Assembly (NCBI GenBank): GCA_963766075.1 | Contig: CAVYAN010000061.1 | Span: 64,001-128,000 of the forward strand | Direction: 5' to 3' | Source of the DNA: an uncultured cyanobacterium | Lineage (GTDB): Bacteria > Cyanobacteriota > Cyanobacteriia > Leptolyngbyales > Leptolyngbyaceae | Length of the DNA: 64,000 nucleotides | Shown: positions 60,641 to 64,000 of the stretch, piece by piece | How the letters are laid out: the number at the start of each line of letters is the position of its first letter | How positions within the stretch are numbered: the first letter of the stretch is position 1 | Translations under genes and position numbers: made by a program | The notes under the pieces: model-generated | What the model saw: the letters and a program-made list of their open reading frames with translations, nothing else | Database searches by the model: none | What the model was told of the DNA's origin: nothing

Positions 60641-60859
60641 GGTAAGCCCCTCAGAAAACTCCATTCATCAGGGTGCCCTCCAGCAGCGAGCCTGTACCAA
60701 GCTGGGCCTGTCCAACTGGGCCTGTAACTGGGTCCAAAGGCCCGCCCTAGAGCATCCGTTAGCGTTCCGCAAATCTGGGCACACTGAGGGCGACCGCATG
60801 TCCTGGGTGATATTGACTCCCTGGGCGATCGCGGCGGCTTCTACACCCACTTACCCGCC

Positions 60860-61612
60860 ATGAAAAATCGTCAGCCTATTGCCTGTGCTGCCCTTCTGCT
60901 GTCGGCTTCCTTGGCCTGGGGCATCGCTACACCCGGCCTTGCAGCACCCGTATTAAAATTTAAGCCCCCGAGTCGGGGCACCCCGCCGATTACCGGTGGG
61001 GCCGCCAGTCGCAGTGGGGGCGCTTGCATCCTCGGGAAGGAGCCCCTAAGGGCTCTCATGCCCTCTAGCAACTATGGCTTGACCACCGCTGCCGATCCGG
61101 TGCTCTTGGTGTATGTGCCCCAGTCCACCGCCAAAACTGTGGAATTTCAACTGCGCACCGCCGATAACCAAAGTCGTGTGTTTCGGAAATCCTTTCCCAC
61201 CCCACCCACGGCAGGAATTGTGCGGCTGAGTGCGGATAGTGGCGTATCTGCCCTACAGCCCAATCAGTCCTATCGTTGGTATGTGTCGCTGGTGTGTAAT
61301 GCAGGCGATCGCTCCCTCAACCCCATTGTGGAAGGCTGGGTCGAACGGATCCCCGCCGATGCCGCATTTACCCAAAAACTGACCCAGTCCACCGTCCAGA
61401 GTCGGCCCTTTGTGTATGCTGAAGCGGGGCTGTGGTACGAAGCCGTGGCGAGTCTGGATGCACTGCGGCGATCGCAGCCCAATGCTCCTGGCCCCCGAAC
61501 CCAATGGACCAGTTTGCTACAGTCCGTGGGGTTAGATGCCTACGTTACCGCACCCACGGTGGACTGCTGTCAACCTGCCGCCGTCAACCGCCCTACGGCA
61601 ACTGCCCAGTAA
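60860..61612 (+). CDS. DUF928 domain secreted protein
   Basis: Signal peptide, F.PP.RG.P....GAASR, L.AL.P, GLT....P....YVP, YRWY....C, GWVER, YAEAGLWYEA, W..LL.SVGL. Confidence 0.9.
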   Translation: MKNRQPIACAALLLSASLAWGIATPGLAAPVLKFKPPSRGTPPITGGAASRSGGACILGKEPLRALMPSSNYGLTTAADPVLLVYVPQSTAKTVEFQLRTADNQSRVFRKSFPTPPTAGIVRLSADSGVSALQPNQSYRWYVSLVCNAGDRSLNPIVEGWVERIPADAAFTQKLTQSTVQSRPFVYAEAGLWYEAVASLDALRRSQPNAPGPRTQWTSLLQSVGLDAYVTAPTVDCCQPAAVNRPTATAQ

Positions 61613-61708
61613 TACGTCCAGTGATAGGCCCAGCAACACGCCCAGTAATAGCAACTGCCCAGCAATAGCTTAGACAGCCCCAATTTTTGGACAGCCGCAC
61701 AACGCATC

Positions 61709-64000
61709 ATGCAGAACCAACTGAAACGACTAATTTGGCAGTGGCGCGGGGTCCTGATTGCCACCCCCAGTATTGCCATCCTGGTTATTCTGCTGCGGCT
61801 CACGGGTATTTTGCAAACCCTGGAATGGGCCGTGCTGGACCAGTATGTACGACTGCGTCCCCTGGAACCTCGCGACGATCGCGTCGTGATTGTCGGCATT
61901 ACTGAGGCCGATCTGCAAAAATACGGCTCGCCTTTGCCCGACCATGTTCTAGCCACGCTCCTCCAAACCCTGAAGCAAAAGAATCCTCGCGGCATCGGCT
62001 TAGATCTGTATCGCGACCTGCCGGTGGGTACCGGATATCCCGCTCTGAAAAAAGTTCTGGAATCCACGCCCAATCTGGTTGGCATTGAAAAACTGGGCGG
62101 CTTAGATGCCCAGGGCGCGGTGGCCCCCCAGCCGCTCTTAAAAAAGCTGGGACAAGTTGCCGCCAATGACGTTATTTATGATGCCGATGGCAAACTGCGG
62201 CGGGGCTTACTTTACCTCGATAACCGTCAGCAAGAAACCGTTCCCACCCTGGGCATGGCGATGGCGTTGTTCTATCTCCAGGCAGAAGGAATTGCCCCCA
62301 GCATTACCGTCGAGGGTCAGATTAAACTGGGACAAAAGGTGCTGCCTCCCCCCGTGGAATCCGAGGATGGAGCCTATGTGCGGGCCAATGCTCAGGGCTA
62401 TCAGATCATGCTGAACTATCGCGGTCCCCGAGGCAGTTTTCAGACCGTGTCGGTGGAACAGGTGCTGACCGGAAACCTCCCTCTGGAGTTTGGGCGCGAT
62501 CGCATTATCCTAATCGGACCTGTGGCGGAAAGTCTGAAGGACTTTTTCTACACGCCTTACAGTGTGCAGTTTCTGCAACTGTTGCAGCCGACTCCCGGCG
62601 TTGAGATCCATGCAACCTTGGCCAGTCAGTTGATGAGCACGGCTTTAGACAATCGCCCCACTTTAAAAACCTGGTCCGAAGTGGAGGAATGGCTCTGGAT
62701 TATGGGATGGGCGTTGGTGGGAGCCTTACTGATTTGGCAACAGCGCTATGCGCAGCGAGTCGCCAAATCCTCGCGGGTCAAGGCCCGCCCGCTGGCAGGA
62801 TTTGGCCAATCCCTGCGGATTCTGCTGAGTTTGAATCTGGCGGGGGCGGTCTTAGTCGGGAGCACCTATGCTGCGTTTTTGGCGAGTTGGTGGCTGCCCT
62901 TGGTGCCTGCCCTGCTGGCTTTTTCGGGTTCAGCAATCGCCGTGACGGCTTACCTCGCGCAAAATGCCGCTGAAATGCGCAAGACCCTAGGCCGCTATCT
63001 CACCGATGAAGTCGTGGCAAATCTGCTGGAAACACCCCAGGGGCTGACCTTGGCGGGGGAGCGGCGCACCGTGACTACACTCATTTCGGACATCCGCGGG
63101 TTTACCAGTATTTCCGAGCAGTTCTCCCCTGAACAAGTTGTCACCTTGCTGAATCTCTATCTGGGGGAAATGACCCAGGTGATTCAGCGCTACGGTGGCA
63201 CGATTAACGACATTATGGGAGATGGTTTGGTGATTTTCTTTGGGGCACCTCTGTCCCGAGACGATGATGCGCAGCGGGCTGTAGCCTGTGCCGTAGCGAT
63301 GCAATTGGCCATGTATCGGGTGAATCTGCAAAGTGAATCCTTGGGACTCCCCCATTTGGAAATGGGGATTGGCATTAATACTGGCGAAGTGGTGGTGGGC
63401 AATATTGGCTCCGAGGAGCATGTGAAGTACACGGCGATCGGCAATCACGTCAATATTGCGGCCCGGATTGAGTCTTTTACGGTGGGGGGGCAGGTTTTGA
63501 TTGCGGAATCGACTTTTGAAGCGGTCCGGACCATTGCTCGCGTTGATGGCCAGACCCAGTCCTACATGAAAGGGTTAGCTGTGCCCATTTCCCTATACGA
63601 GGTCAGTGGAATTGCCGGGAAGTACAAGCTTTTTCTGCCGGAAGATCACGATGCTTTTATTGCCCTGAAGCAGGAGGTGCCCCTGGTCTATGGCCTGCTG
63701 GAGGATAAGCAGGTGGATGATCTGGAGTTCGAGGGGATGTTGGTGCAACTGTCGGCCAAGGGCGCGGAAATTCGGTCGAGTTATCTGCCGCCGGTGCTGA
63801 GCAATGTGAAATTGACATTAATCCTCCACCCAGCGGCAAAGCCTGCTTGGGATGGGCGATCGCTGCCTGAACAGGATTGTGGTCAACCGGAACTCCTGGG
63901 GGATATCTACGCCAAGGTATTGGCGAAGCGCGTACTGGATGACAGCGGATTTTTTGTCCGGTTTACCAGTCTGCCCCCTCGGGCTGCGGAATATTTACAG
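61709..64000 (+). CDS. CHASE2-sensor membrane nucleotide cyclase with C-terminal PilZ-like region (runs off the window; absent from the ORF track)
   Basis: Manual translation: MQNQLKRLIWQWRG...DDRVVIVGITEADL...PRGIGLDLYRDLPV...D.DG.LRR...PGVEIHA, TM segments, GERRTVTTLISDIRGFT, GTINDIMGDG, GIGINTGEVVVGNIGS, KYTAIGNHVNIAARIES, then LSAKGA...DIYAKV...VRFTSLPP. Confidence 0.92.
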   Translation, partial: MQNQLKRLIWQWRGVLIATPSIAILVILLRLTGILQTLEWAVLDQYVRLRPLEPRDDRVVIVGITEADLQKYGSPLPDHVLATLLQTLKQKNPRGIGLDLYRDLPVGTGYPALKKVLESTPNLVGIEKLGGLDAQGAVAPQPLLKKLGQVAANDVIYDADGKLRRGLLYLDNRQQETVPTLGMAMALFYLQAEGIAPSITVEGQIKLGQKVLPPPVESEDGAYVRANAQGYQIMLNYRGPRGSFQTVSVEQVLTGNLPLEFGRDRIILIGPVAESLKDFFYTPYSVQFLQLLQPTPGVEIHATLASQLMSTALDNRPTLKTWSEVEEWLWIMGWALVGALLIWQQRYAQRVAKSSRVKARPLAGFGQSLRILLSLNLAGAVLVGSTYAAFLASWWLPLVPALLAFSGSAIAVTAYLAQNAAEMRKTLGRYLTDEVVANLLETPQGLTLAGERRTVTTLISDIRGFTSISEQFSPEQVVTLLNLYLGEMTQVIQRYGGTINDIMGDGLVIFFGAPLSRDDDAQRAVACAVAMQLAMYRVNLQSESLGLPHLEMGIGINTGEVVVGNIGSEEHVKYTAIGNHVNIAARIESFTVGGQVLIAESTFEAVRTIARVDGQTQSYMKGLAVPISLYEVSGIAGKYKLFLPEDHDAFIALKQEVPLVYGLLEDKQVDDLEFEGMLVQLSAKGAEIRSSYLPPVLSNVKLTLILHPAAKPAWDGRSLPEQDCGQPELLGDIYAKVLAKRVLDDSGFFVRFTSLPPRAAEYLQ

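Overview
64 kb of a cyanobacterial chromosome, identified by frequent HIP1 octamers (GCGATCGC), beta-carboxysome genes and PSII genes. Most of it is housekeeping: ccmM (5'-truncated)-ccmN, a Fed3/FdC1-type ferredoxin, a DUF1537 kinase, a TIGR03279-type Fe-S protein, Uma2, uppP, an FHA adenylate cyclase, psbU-nadB, gmd-fcl, a CpcS-family lyase, ftn6, an LptD-like protein, psbI (missing from the ORF track), three glycosyltransferases, ccmP, ccmO, purN, cugP, scpA, a B12 radical SAM protein, murQ and smpB. The notable accessory elements are: (1) a HIP1-poor island (about 6.5-12.4 kb) encoding a chaperone-usher-like pilin/chaperone/usher trio next to a truncated VWD-protein remnant; (2) a divergent module of a haemagglutinin-CHAT protease, DUF928 and a CHASE2 nucleotide cyclase at the right end; (3) a MITE family of about 140-160 bp with 10-bp TIRs and TAA/TTA target duplications, carrying nested, invertible REP-like units; (4) ccmO and ccmP lying more than 31 kb from ccmN in an inversion-compatible geometry; (5) short tandem duplications that repeatedly straddle stop codons; (6) an IS630 remnant. 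Four genes show single-base indels (murQ, HpsE-like GT2, haemagglutinin-CHAT, and a compensated pair in a GT-C gene), so sequencing or assembly errors are plausible. All family calls come from remembered motifs, not database searches. No CRISPR array, rRNA or tRNA was recognised.
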